NCBI GenBank assembly: GCA_017938885.1
Contig: JAGBAS010000022.1
Coordinates: forward strand, 62,144 to 126,143
Direction of reading: 5' to 3'
DNA: 64,000 nucleotides
Source of the DNA: Clostridia bacterium
GTDB lineage: Bacteria > Bacillota > Clostridia > Oscillospirales > CAG-272
Below the pieces are notes generated by a model, which saw only the letters and a program-made list of their open reading frames with translations, had not been told where the DNA came from and did not search any database. Below are positions 10,139 to 17,804 of this stretch, piece by piece. The translations under genes and the position numbers were made by a program. Position 1 is the stretch's first letter. Every line of letters starts with the position of its first letter.

Positions 10139-11167
10139 ATGAAACTATTCCGCATTCTGCTCATTTCCGTCCTTGCGGTCAGCCTTCTGGCTATGACCGC
10201 CTGCACCGGCGGAGACACTACCGATCCCTCAACAGAGGAGACCACAGCCGTTTCTACCGAAGCTACCACTGAAGCTCCAACCGCTGCCCCCGCCGAAAAG
10301 ATCAACGTAAAGCTGACAGTGAAGGATCAGGACGGGAATCTCATGCCGGAGGCTGTGTTGACCATTCTCCCCGTCAGCGGGGAGGGTGAGTCAGCCACCT
10401 TGACTGCCGATAGCGAAGGCACCGTTACCGTAACCCTGCCTGAAGGCGATTATACGGTTCGCTTTGACGTCCTGCCCGAATATGTGCTGGGTATTGACAC
10501 GGCATTGACCGTTCAAACAGGCATGGATCCCGTTGTCCTGGAGGTACGCAACAATAAGCCCGACGGCTCGGTCGATCGTCCTTTTGTGGTCAGCGAAGAC
10601 AGTGTCACCACAATGATCCCTTCCGGCGAGACCTATCATTTCACGCTTTTCGGTGCCAACAACCGCACGCTGTTCCTGACCGATCCAGATACCGAGGTTT
10701 TCTACAACAATAGCACCTACAAGCCCGATGAAGAAGGAAAGATCGCTGTGCGTATGAGTACCGAATCTCCCCGTGATCCCTCTTTCTTTGCCGTTACCAA
10801 TACCGGTAGTGAGGATCGAGAAATAACCATCGCCATCCTGTCTGATCCCGGTGCTATGGACAATCCCATTGTCATCGAATCCTTGGATACCCCGATTACG
10901 GCTCACGTGCCTCAGGACGGTATGATTTATTACCGCTGGACGGCTGACTCCGCAGGAACCCTGACGGTTTCCTCTGCCGATACCATCAATAATATCAGTC
11001 TGAACAACCTGTCCACCTCTCAGGTAACGGATTTTTCGGGCGGAGCTGAAAGCATCAGCATGACGGTCTCTGCGGGAGATACCATAACCATCGTCGTTTC
11101 GGTCATCGGCGGAGATAAACAGGCCGAGACCAACAGCGTGACCTTTACGCTCACCTTTGCCGAATAA
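10139..11167 (+). CDS. lipoprotein, function unknown
   Basis: Start set at ATG 10139 (MKLFRILLISVLAVSLLAMTAC, lipobox). Thr/Glu/Ala-rich linker, then prealbumin/Cna-B-like segment (TVTLPEGDYTVRFDVLPEYV). Last gene before the terminator. Confidence 0.7.
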   Translation: MKLFRILLISVLAVSLLAMTACTGGDTTDPSTEETTAVSTEATTEAPTAAPAEKINVKLTVKDQDGNLMPEAVLTILPVSGEGESATLTADSEGTVTVTLPEGDYTVRFDVLPEYVLGIDTALTVQTGMDPVVLEVRNNKPDGSVDRPFVVSEDSVTTMIPSGETYHFTLFGANNRTLFLTDPDTEVFYNNSTYKPDEEGKIAVRMSTESPRDPSFFAVTNTGSEDREITIAILSDPGAMDNPIVIESLDTPITAHVPQDGMIYYRWTADSAGTLTVSSADTINNISLNNLSTSQVTDFSGGAESISMTVSAGDTITIVVSVIGGDKQAETNSVTFTLTFAE

Positions 11168-11184
11168 ATCGAATCCACAAAAAA

Positions 11185-11214
11185 CCACCCTCCCGCTCAA
11201 AAACGGAAGGGTGG
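11185..11214. terminator. bidirectional rho-independent terminator between convergent genes
   Basis: Hairpin CCACCCTCCCG / CGGAAGGGTGG with one mismatch. A-run precedes and T-rich sequence follows. On the minus strand it is followed by TTTTTTGTGG. Confidence 0.7.
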
Positions 11215-11228
11215 TTATTCTACTTATG

Positions 11229-11783
11229 CTAAGAATTCCATGGGAGATCGACGACCTCGTATCCATGTCTCATAGCAGGCAAGAGCTTTTGGATAAGATC
11301 ATCGGTTCGAATCTTCAAGCTGGAGGTGTTGATACAGGGATGGCACCCCATGTACTCCTCCTTCAAAAGATCCGCATCCATGTAGAGGGAGACCTTGCCC
11401 TCCACATCATTCATGAGACCCAGAACCGTAACCGATCCGGGCGTCAACCCTAAAAGCTCCTCGAGATAGCTCTCAGGAGCAAAGCTCAGACGGGAAGAGC
11501 CGATTAAGGACGAAAATACCTTGGTTTGAAAACGCTTCTCACCGGGCATGAGCAAGAGATAGAACCTGGTCTTGTTTTGATTGCAGAGGAACAGATTCTT
11601 GCACATACACACGTTCAGCGCGGCATCGGCCTCGTGGCAAGCTTCAATGGTAAAGAGAGCCTCATGATCCAGATGTTCGTATGGGATAGACAGAGAATCC
11701 AGCAAATCGTAGCAAGCGATCTCTCGGGAAAGACGGCCGATCAAGGAAGCGGGACGGCCAATCGAAACGGTTGGTGAATGCAT
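11229..11783 (-). CDS. YbaK/ProX-type aminoacyl-tRNA editing (prolyl-tRNA synthetase-associated) domain protein
   Basis: 184 aa. The segment CKNLFLCNQNKTRFYLLLMPGEKRFQTK and the overall layout are typical of the family. No clear RBS, so probably coupled to the upstream small gene. Confidence 0.7.
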   Translation of the reverse strand: MHSPTVSIGRPASLIGRLSREIACYDLLDSLSIPYEHLDHEALFTIEACHEADAALNVCMCKNLFLCNQNKTRFYLLLMPGEKRFQTKVFSSLIGSSRLSFAPESYLEELLGLTPGSVTVLGLMNDVEGKVSLYMDADLLKEEYMGCHPCINTSSLKIRTDDLIQKLLPAMRHGYEVVDLPWNS

Positions 11784-11795
11784 GGCGAACGAAAT

Positions 11796-12122
11796 TTACC
11801 AGATAATGTAAGCCAAAGCCATAAGAGCCTGCACGACAGACTGCCAGGAAAGACCGCCGCCGACCAAAGAGGTGGCAACACCGCTGAGAGCCAGAACCAG
11901 AATGACGATACCGAAGAGACGACGCTTCAAAGGCTTGATGCGAAGCAGTCCGAAAATACCGGCAAAGAGCATGATAAGGCCGGTTGCCACAGAGATCAGC
12001 GCGCCAATCGAAAGAAGAGAAGAGAAGTCCAAAGCAGTAAGCTGACGGATCAGCGACAGGGGGGCACCGATGCCCCAGATGATGTACACAATGCTGATGA
12101 TGATGTGGATGATTTTTTTCAT
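11796..12122 (-). CDS. small integral membrane protein, unknown function
   Basis: 108 aa with 3-4 predicted hydrophobic helices. GGAGG RBS upstream of the ATG, and a promoter at 12155-12183. Confidence 0.6.
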   Translation of the reverse strand: MKKIIHIIISIVYIIWGIGAPLSLIRQLTALDFSSLLSIGALISVATGLIMLFAGIFGLLRIKPLKRRLFGIVILVLALSGVATSLVGGGLSWQSVVQALMALAYIIW

Positions 12123-12154
12123 GGGGAAACCTCCATACTTAAATTTGTAACTAC

Positions 12155-12183
12155 AGTATATCAGATTCTCGCAGTTTTGTCAA
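12155..12183 (-). promoter_or_regulatory. sigma-A type promoter
   Basis: Minus strand reads TTGACA, 17 nt, TATACT, preceded by CTC (CTCTTGACA). Confidence 0.6.
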
Positions 12184-12215
12184 GAGCTTGCACAGAGGGG
12201 ATTGCTTCGAAATGC

Positions 12216-12692
12216 TCAGAGTAAAAGCTCCATACCGATCTTTTGAACCGATAGCCCACATTTCTCATAGAAACGCATGGCCGAAGGATTACAGGCCCAT
12301 ACATTCAGAGTGAGGTTGTAGTAGCCGTTCTTCCGCGCATAGGCTACCGCATAATCATAGAGCACCTTCCCGATCCCTCGCCCGCGCAGATTGGCGTCCA
12401 CACAGAGATCGTCGATGTATAGGGTGGTGATCTTCTGCATCGAGGCGGCGGATTGTACCTGACGGATGCAGAAGCAGTATCCCGCCAGCACCCCATCCAG
12501 AATAGCGGCAAAAACAGGGGTGTGCTCGGTGTCCGCGAGTATGGCGCGGAGTTGATCGGCATTGTATTTCTTGCAGCCTGGAATAAACAGATCGGGTCTC
12601 CCTTCGGCATGAAGACCGTGAACTTGGTATAAAAGCTCCTCCAACCGGGGAATGTCGGATGCAACAGCAGGGCGGATGATTATGTCGGACAT
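12216..12692 (-). CDS. GNAT family N-acetyltransferase
   Basis: 158 aa. Acetyl-CoA binding-type motif LCVDANLRGRGIGKVLYDYAV. 12-nt gap after the aminotransferase gene. Confidence 0.8.
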   Translation of the reverse strand: MSDIIIRPAVASDIPRLEELLYQVHGLHAEGRPDLFIPGCKKYNADQLRAILADTEHTPVFAAILDGVLAGYCFCIRQVQSAASMQKITTLYIDDLCVDANLRGRGIGKVLYDYAVAYARKNGYYNLTLNVWACNPSAMRFYEKCGLSVQKIGMELLL

Positions 12693-12704
12693 ATTGGTCT
12701 CCTA

Positions 12705-13916
12705 TTATTTGACGAAATCGCGTGCGACCTTACCCAGTCTCGCCACGCCCTCGATAATCTGTTGATCCGAAGGGGTGGAATAATTCAAGCGGAAGGACAT
12801 GGAGCTCTGGCTTACGTCGCAATTGAAGGTGGCGCCGGGGACGATCATGAGCTTTTCGGCCATACAAGCTTTAAGGAATGCCGTAGCATCCACGCCGTCG
12901 GGAAGTGTGACCCATATGAACAATCCGCCCTCGGGACGGGTGAACTTCACAGCGGCAGGTAGCTCCTTCTCCAGGCACTCCAGCATGAGGTGGCACTTGC
13001 GGCCGTAGACTTGGCGGATCATGGAAATGTGGGCGTCCAGATCGCACTCGGTCATGAACTTGTAGCAGAGCATCTGGAAGAATTGGTTGGTGTGAACGTC
13101 CTCGGACTGCTTGGCCACCACCATTTTGGCGGCCACTTCCTCGGGAGCTACCACAAAGCCCACGCGCATACCTGCCGAGAGGATCTTTGAGAAGGAAGAA
13201 CAGTAGATGACCAGCCCCTCGGTGTCAAAGCTCTTGATGGTGGGAATCTCCTCACCGGAAAAGCGGAGCTCACCGTAAGGATTATCCTCCAGGATCATAA
13301 GGCCGTACTTCTTGCATACCTCGTAGATAGCCTTGCGCTTGGAGAGAGAGGTGGTGATGCCCGCTGGATTTTGGAAGGTAGGAATGATATACAAAAGCTT
13401 GGCATTGGGGGTGTTTCTGATGGTCTCCTCCAGAGCCTCCACGTTCATGCCGTCCTCCTCAATGGGCACGCCCACGGTATTGTAGCCGCAGGAGCGGAAG
13501 GCGTTGAGGCCGCCGATGAAGGTGGGATTCTCGCAGATGACGGTGTCACCCTCGTTGCAGAAGACCTTAGCGGCCAGCTCAATACCCTGGTTACCGCCCG
13601 ACACGATGATGGTGGTATCGTTGAAGCCGTCGCCGTCGGCGATGGACTTGCCGATGCCCCAGACCGTCTTCTGTCTCTCGGCTACGGCGCGGCGGAGAGG
13701 CTCATAGCCGTCGGTGGCACCGTACTGGAGGGCAGTGGTGGAATCGTTTGCGAAAATATCAGCGGCAAAGCGGGCCAGATCCGCCACTGGGAAAGTCTCG
13801 GGGGCGGGGTTGCCAGCAGCCAGGGTGATGGTATCAGCGTCCTTGGGAGCTTTCAGGATCTCACGGATCGCCGAGGGCTTGAGGTTTGCGATCTTGTCGG
13901 AAAAATGGTAGGTCAT
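12705..13916 (-). CDS. PLP-dependent aminotransferase (class I/II, LysN/MocR-type catalytic domain)
   Basis: Start moved to ATG 13916 (MTYHFSDKIANLKPSAIREILK), which has an AGGAAA RBS and lies downstream of the promoter at 13958-13986. SFSK lysine motif (YCSSFSKILSAGMRVG). Confidence 0.8.
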   Translation of the reverse strand: MTYHFSDKIANLKPSAIREILKAPKDADTITLAAGNPAPETFPVADLARFAADIFANDSTTALQYGATDGYEPLRRAVAERQKTVWGIGKSIADGDGFNDTTIIVSGGNQGIELAAKVFCNEGDTVICENPTFIGGLNAFRSCGYNTVGVPIEEDGMNVEALEETIRNTPNAKLLYIIPTFQNPAGITTSLSKRKAIYEVCKKYGLMILEDNPYGELRFSGEEIPTIKSFDTEGLVIYCSSFSKILSAGMRVGFVVAPEEVAAKMVVAKQSEDVHTNQFFQMLCYKFMTECDLDAHISMIRQVYGRKCHLMLECLEKELPAAVKFTRPEGGLFIWVTLPDGVDATAFLKACMAEKLMIVPGATFNCDVSQSSMSFRLNYSTPSDQQIIEGVARLGKVARDFVK

Positions 13917-13957
13917 GATGGGATTTCCTTTCGTAGGCGGAGGATTTATAATAATAT

Positions 13958-13986
13958 ATTGTAGCACAAAACCGAGGGATTTGCAA
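13958..13986 (-). promoter_or_regulatory. sigma-A type promoter (aminotransferase-GNAT operon)
   Basis: Minus strand reads AAACCCCTTGCAA, 17 nt, TACAAT. Confidence 0.6.
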
Positions 13987-14071
13987 GGGGTTTGGGAGAA
14001 AAAAGGGCGATTTATGGGGAAAGGGAAGGACATCAAATTTGGGCTTATCGGGGAGTTTGTTATTTAACGTA

Positions 14072-14292
14072 GGGCGGGGGCTTGCTCCCGCCAAAAATCC
14101 CTCTCACCGCTCCGCGGAGCTCCCCCAGAGGTGGAGCCTTAGAACGGCAGAAAACGTTTGTCGAGAAACGGGATTTCGTTGGATTTAGTACGAAAGGCTC
14201 CCCCTTTGGGGGAGCTCCCGCCGCAGGCGGGTGAGAGGGCAACTCGTAAAGGGGAGCACGAACCAACAAGTTCGACAAACCCAAATTTGAAA
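14072..14292. repeat. GC-rich nested palindromic intergenic element (copy A)
   Basis: Imperfect inverted arms of about 40 bp at 14099-14138 and 14196-14239. Each arm contains a GCTCCCCC-N3-GGGGGAGC type hairpin. Extra hairpin at 14072-14092. The 17-mer CAAACCCAAATTTGAAA at 14276-14292 recurs inverted at 22179-22195. Confidence 0.7.
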
Positions 14293-14317
14293 AAGAGGCC
14301 GCCGAAGCAGCCTCTTT
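14292..14317 (-). terminator. rho-independent terminator of the ychF-to-NUDIX operon
   Basis: 11-bp stem with one mismatch and a CGAA/TTCG loop (AAAGAGGCTGCTTCGGCGGCCTCTTT), followed by TTCAAATTT on the minus strand. Confidence 0.7.
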
Positions 14318-14318
14318 C

Positions 14319-15191
14319 TCAAGCCTGTGATCCCAGATATACAACGATCCTTTCCAGATCGGGTAGGATCACATCCCTTACGTATTCCTCGCCATGCCGA
14401 TCCTGCAAGGAGAACGTATACCACAGATCATACCCGTGGCACAGAATCCCCGACCGTTCAAAATACATTTGCGGCGCGGACTTGACCAGCGCGGCGGTCA
14501 GCTTCTCGACCCCGAAGGAGGTTGCCTTCACAAGACCGACGTTCAAGGTAAAGGAATAGCTCGTCTCGTAATTGAACTGCGACCGTTGCAGACCGATCAC
14601 CTCGGCGGCTTTCTTGCCCTCTCGGTAACGGTAAAACAGATTCCCGTTCTTCGCAAATCCTTTTGCGGTCAACGCTTCGTTCAAAGCGACCACCGCCCCC
14701 TCGCACTCGGCCTTGGCATCGTACTCGTACCCGCCGTTCTGAAACAGAGCGTAATGTGCGGTATCACTCGAAGGAGCGATATAGTCGCTCCGCCAAAGCC
14801 CCTCGCCGCCGTCTTTCAAATAGGCCTTCAGGATGGCGCGGCTCATGTTGGTGATATCGGGGCGCGCCACCGCCTCCTCGGGAGGAAGGAGCAATACCTC
14901 GCTGTTCTCATGTCCGTCGGAGCGGGGCTTACCCTCCAGGTACTCCATGCGGAACACGGCGCACCATTGGTCATCCTTGAATTGCATGGCCAAGAGGGAA
15001 TCGGCGTGGGCGCAGACTCCCGTCTCCTCAAAGATTTCCCGCTCGGCCGCGGCGGTGGGAAGCTCGCCGTCATGGACGTATCCACCTGGGAGCAGAATGC
15101 GATCCTTGGCGGTGCCGTAGGTGTGGCGCACCAGAAGGACACGACCGTCTATGAGCAAGAGCCCGCAGACCGTAAAATACTTGTTGTTCAT
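14319..15191 (-). CDS. NUDIX hydrolase fused to a C-terminal DUF4304-like domain
   Basis: N-terminal Nudix box GGYVHDGELPTAAAEREIFEETGV. The C-terminal half (KGFAKNGNLFYRYREGK...VIGLQRSQFN...SFTLNVGL) resembles DUF4304. Confidence 0.65.
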   Translation of the reverse strand: MNNKYFTVCGLLLIDGRVLLVRHTYGTAKDRILLPGGYVHDGELPTAAAEREIFEETGVCAHADSLLAMQFKDDQWCAVFRMEYLEGKPRSDGHENSEVLLLPPEEAVARPDITNMSRAILKAYLKDGGEGLWRSDYIAPSSDTAHYALFQNGGYEYDAKAECEGAVVALNEALTAKGFAKNGNLFYRYREGKKAAEVIGLQRSQFNYETSYSFTLNVGLVKATSFGVEKLTAALVKSAPQMYFERSGILCHGYDLWYTFSLQDRHGEEYVRDVILPDLERIVVYLGSQA

Positions 15192-15195
15192 GATA

Positions 15196-16062
15196 TTATA
15201 CCGTAATCAACTCATACTCCCGCGACCCGAACCCCAGCTCTGTGGCGGCCTCGATGGTATGCACGCCGTTGCGGGACTCGATCCGCTCGATGAGGTGAGG
15301 CTTGCCGGGATCCGAGCAAGCGTACACCAGATCCACGCAGGCCTGGTCAATGGCGATGGGATCGGTGGAGACCAGGATACCGATGTCGGCAATGCAGGGA
15401 TCCTCGGCTACGGCACAGCAGTCGCAGTCCACAGACATATTCTTCATGACGTTGACATACACGATCTGCCCCTTGAACAGCTCAACCACCGAGGAGGCGG
15501 CGTCGGCCATGGACTCCAAGAACAGATTGTGCTCCGCCGTCCAGAAGGCCTCGGGATCTCCCGCGCCGTGGATGTAGGCCTTACCAAAGGAGGATGCGCA
15601 ACCGATGGACAGCTGCTTCAAGGCCCCGCCGTAGTCCCCCATAGGATGCCCCTTGAAGTGGGACAGCACCGGCATGGAGTCGTAGTTCTCGATATCCTTA
15701 CCCACGTAGTTCTTCTGAATGACCTTACCGCCCGGGATATCCAGCACCAGATCGGGCCCCTCGGCGTCCAAAAGATCCACCTTGTAGTAATCCATCCAGC
15801 CGTGCTCACGGAAGAGCTGGCGGTGCCGCTCGGTAGTGTTTCGCATCCCTTCATAGGCGGTGTTGCACTCCACCACGGTACCGCCCACGCGGTCGATGAC
15901 AGGCTTCCAGAAGTCGGGGCGGAGGAAGTTCTGATTGCCCTTCTCGCCCGAATGGACCTTGACGGCCACGTTGCCGGGCAGATCCACGCCCAGGATCTCA
16001 TACATCTCCAGCACCTTCTCGGGGGAGATGACAGGGGAAAAATAGACCTTCGACTTGCTCAT
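15196..16062 (-). CDS. DUF362 domain protein
   Basis: 288 aa. KVYFSPV...VAVKVHSGEKGNQNFLRPDFWKPVID..GGTVVECNTAY is typical of DUF362 (COG2768-like). Confidence 0.7.
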   Translation of the reverse strand: MSKSKVYFSPVISPEKVLEMYEILGVDLPGNVAVKVHSGEKGNQNFLRPDFWKPVIDRVGGTVVECNTAYEGMRNTTERHRQLFREHGWMDYYKVDLLDAEGPDLVLDIPGGKVIQKNYVGKDIENYDSMPVLSHFKGHPMGDYGGALKQLSIGCASSFGKAYIHGAGDPEAFWTAEHNLFLESMADAASSVVELFKGQIVYVNVMKNMSVDCDCCAVAEDPCIADIGILVSTDPIAIDQACVDLVYACSDPGKPHLIERIESRNGVHTIEAATELGFGSREYELITV

Positions 16063-16081
16063 AATTGGCTCCTATCCGCGA

Positions 16082-17011
16082 TCAAAACCAGTAATCGCGC
16101 ATCTTCTTCAAAAATTCGGGAGTCAAAGGGTACTCCTCGGTATCGGGGATCACCGAATCAATACCGCAATGGCCGCACATGGCGGTCTTTCCGAAGTCGG
16201 TCCAATTCTTGATCTCGGCAGGATCGTAGATCCTCTCGCAGTAGAAGCAACCGCAACGGGAGACCTTCTCCAGAGCATCACAGTTGTTGGTGCAGAGGGC
16301 GTGGGCGCTGATGTGAGTAACTTCCTCCAAAGCGGGAGCGCGGTAGGCGAAGCGGAAATGCCGTCCCTGTTCGGGCTTTGACAGCCGCTCGATCATGGGC
16401 TGAACCGACCGGATACGCTGATCCGACCCCGAATCGTAGCGGTAGAACAGACCGTCCTCGGCAGGTCCCGCGTTGATGAAAACGTGGCGGGGATAGTCGC
16501 GGTACTTGTCGGGAAGCTCGGGACCGAAATGATGGGAATTGCCTTCAAAGATCAGATCCCCGGGGCGCACCTCGGCGGCGTCTTCGATGCGAGTGAAGCC
16601 GTATTTGATGAGGAACTCCTCCAGATTGGGGGAGAAGTACAGCGGCAGACCCTTGCGGGAGGGCTGATGGGCCACGTAGCCCGCCTCGCAGAGCACCCAC
16701 CCGCAGAAGCGATCGCAGGAGGTAAGCTTCTCGGGATTCTCTGAGTACTTATCAAGGGCAGGATTCTTGTCGGCGTCGCCGTAGGTATACTCATGGATCC
16801 GCATATAGTCGGCCACATCCTTGGCGTGCCAAAGGATGTGGGAGGCAGTAAAGGAGCCGACGGGGGAGTAGACCCCCTCATCCGACTCGTTACAGACGCA
16901 GTAGCCATAGACGGATTTTTCGTCAGCGGCGGCCTTGGCGGTGGTGAGATCGGCGTAAGCCTCGGGGAGGCGGGAGGAGGGGCCGTGGTAGGGGACGTAA
17001 AGGTAGTACAT
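16082..17011 (-). CDS. hypothetical protein, possible NlpC/P60-like Cys/His fold plus C-terminal Cys4 zinc-ribbon
   Basis: Start set at ATG 17011 (MYYLYVPY), 6 nt after AGGAGG. Candidate catalytic Cys in TSCDRFCGWVLCEAGY and His in PRHVFINAG. C-terminus reads CGCFYCERIYDPAEIKNWTDFGKTAMCGHCGIDSVIPD. Confidence 0.5.
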   Translation of the reverse strand: MYYLYVPYHGPSSRLPEAYADLTTAKAAADEKSVYGYCVCNESDEGVYSPVGSFTASHILWHAKDVADYMRIHEYTYGDADKNPALDKYSENPEKLTSCDRFCGWVLCEAGYVAHQPSRKGLPLYFSPNLEEFLIKYGFTRIEDAAEVRPGDLIFEGNSHHFGPELPDKYRDYPRHVFINAGPAEDGLFYRYDSGSDQRIRSVQPMIERLSKPEQGRHFRFAYRAPALEEVTHISAHALCTNNCDALEKVSRCGCFYCERIYDPAEIKNWTDFGKTAMCGHCGIDSVIPDTEEYPLTPEFLKKMRDYWF

Positions 17012-17048
17012 GGGAGCCTCCTTGTCGGAAATTTTTAATGAGGGCAAA

Positions 17049-17097
17049 ATACGAGATACGAGATACGGCGTTCAGCGGCATATCTGGTATCTCGTAT
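17049..17097 (-). terminator. inverted repeat after trmB (probable terminator with a large loop)
   Basis: ATACGAGATAC ... GTATCTCGTAT, 11 bp perfect. The left arm carries a tandem ACGAGAT duplication. On the minus strand it is followed by TTTTGCCC. Confidence 0.45.
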
Positions 17098-17103
17098 GTT
17101 GGA

Positions 17104-17763
17104 TTAGAACCTCACCCGTGCGCAGTAAATGGGCATCCCCCGGGACGAGAAATTAGCCTCGTACTCGGTCATGATGTTGCCCTCTGCCTCGGGAGTCTTG
17201 TGGAAGTCGCGGGAGGAGAACAGGAGGGTCAGACCCGTGGCCTCAAACTCCTCCAGGCTGAAATCGAACAGCCCCTCGTTGTCGGTTTTGAGGTAGAGCT
17301 CGCCCCCTTCCACCAGAATATTCTTATACAGTGCAAGGAAATTCCGATGGGTGAGTCTCCGCTTGGCATAGCCCTTTTTGGGCCAGGGGTCGGAGAAATT
17401 CAAATAAATGCGTGCAATGCTGTGGGGGCGTACCCACTCACCCAGATGCTCGGCATTGCCGATCAGAACACGAAGATTATCACCGGGGCGATCCTCGGCA
17501 GAAGCCTTCGCCTTCTCCAGCGCACAGCAGGCAACGTCCGCAACCCGTTCCATGGCGATGAAATTCCACTCGGGATGAGCAGCAGCCATCCCTACCGCAA
17601 AATTCCCCTTTCCGCAACCAATTTCCATATGAACGGGGCGGGATTCGGAAAAAATGGAATTACCATCTTCACCAATGGAGGCCAGAAGGGAAGTATCTTC
17701 AATTAACAACTCGGCACAGGCGGCGATGCGCTCGGCACCGTGCTTCTTCTTTCTCATTCTCAT
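17104..17763 (-). CDS. trmB: tRNA (guanine-N7)-methyltransferase
   Basis: 219 aa. SAM motif HMEIGCGKGNF and NFSDPWPKKGYAKRRL are typical of TrmB. Confidence 0.9.
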   Translation of the reverse strand: MRMRKKKHGAERIAACAELLIEDTSLLASIGEDGNSIFSESRPVHMEIGCGKGNFAVGMAAAHPEWNFIAMERVADVACCALEKAKASAEDRPGDNLRVLIGNAEHLGEWVRPHSIARIYLNFSDPWPKKGYAKRRLTHRNFLALYKNILVEGGELYLKTDNEGLFDFSLEEFEATGLTLLFSSRDFHKTPEAEGNIMTEYEANFSSRGMPIYCARVRF

Positions 17764-17804
17764 TTGCTCGTATCCTTATTTTGTGATAGTGGAATTGTTG
17801 GAAA

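Noticed and set aside
14060-14559. ORFs 14060-14344 (-), 14158-14559 (+) and 14185-14424 (-), and ORF 22079-22375 (-).
   Set aside because: They are read through the GC-rich palindromic repeat elements or terminator hairpins and overlap real genes. The peptide sequences (for example PLTRLRRELPQRGSL and GGSKPPPY) are translations of hairpin arms.
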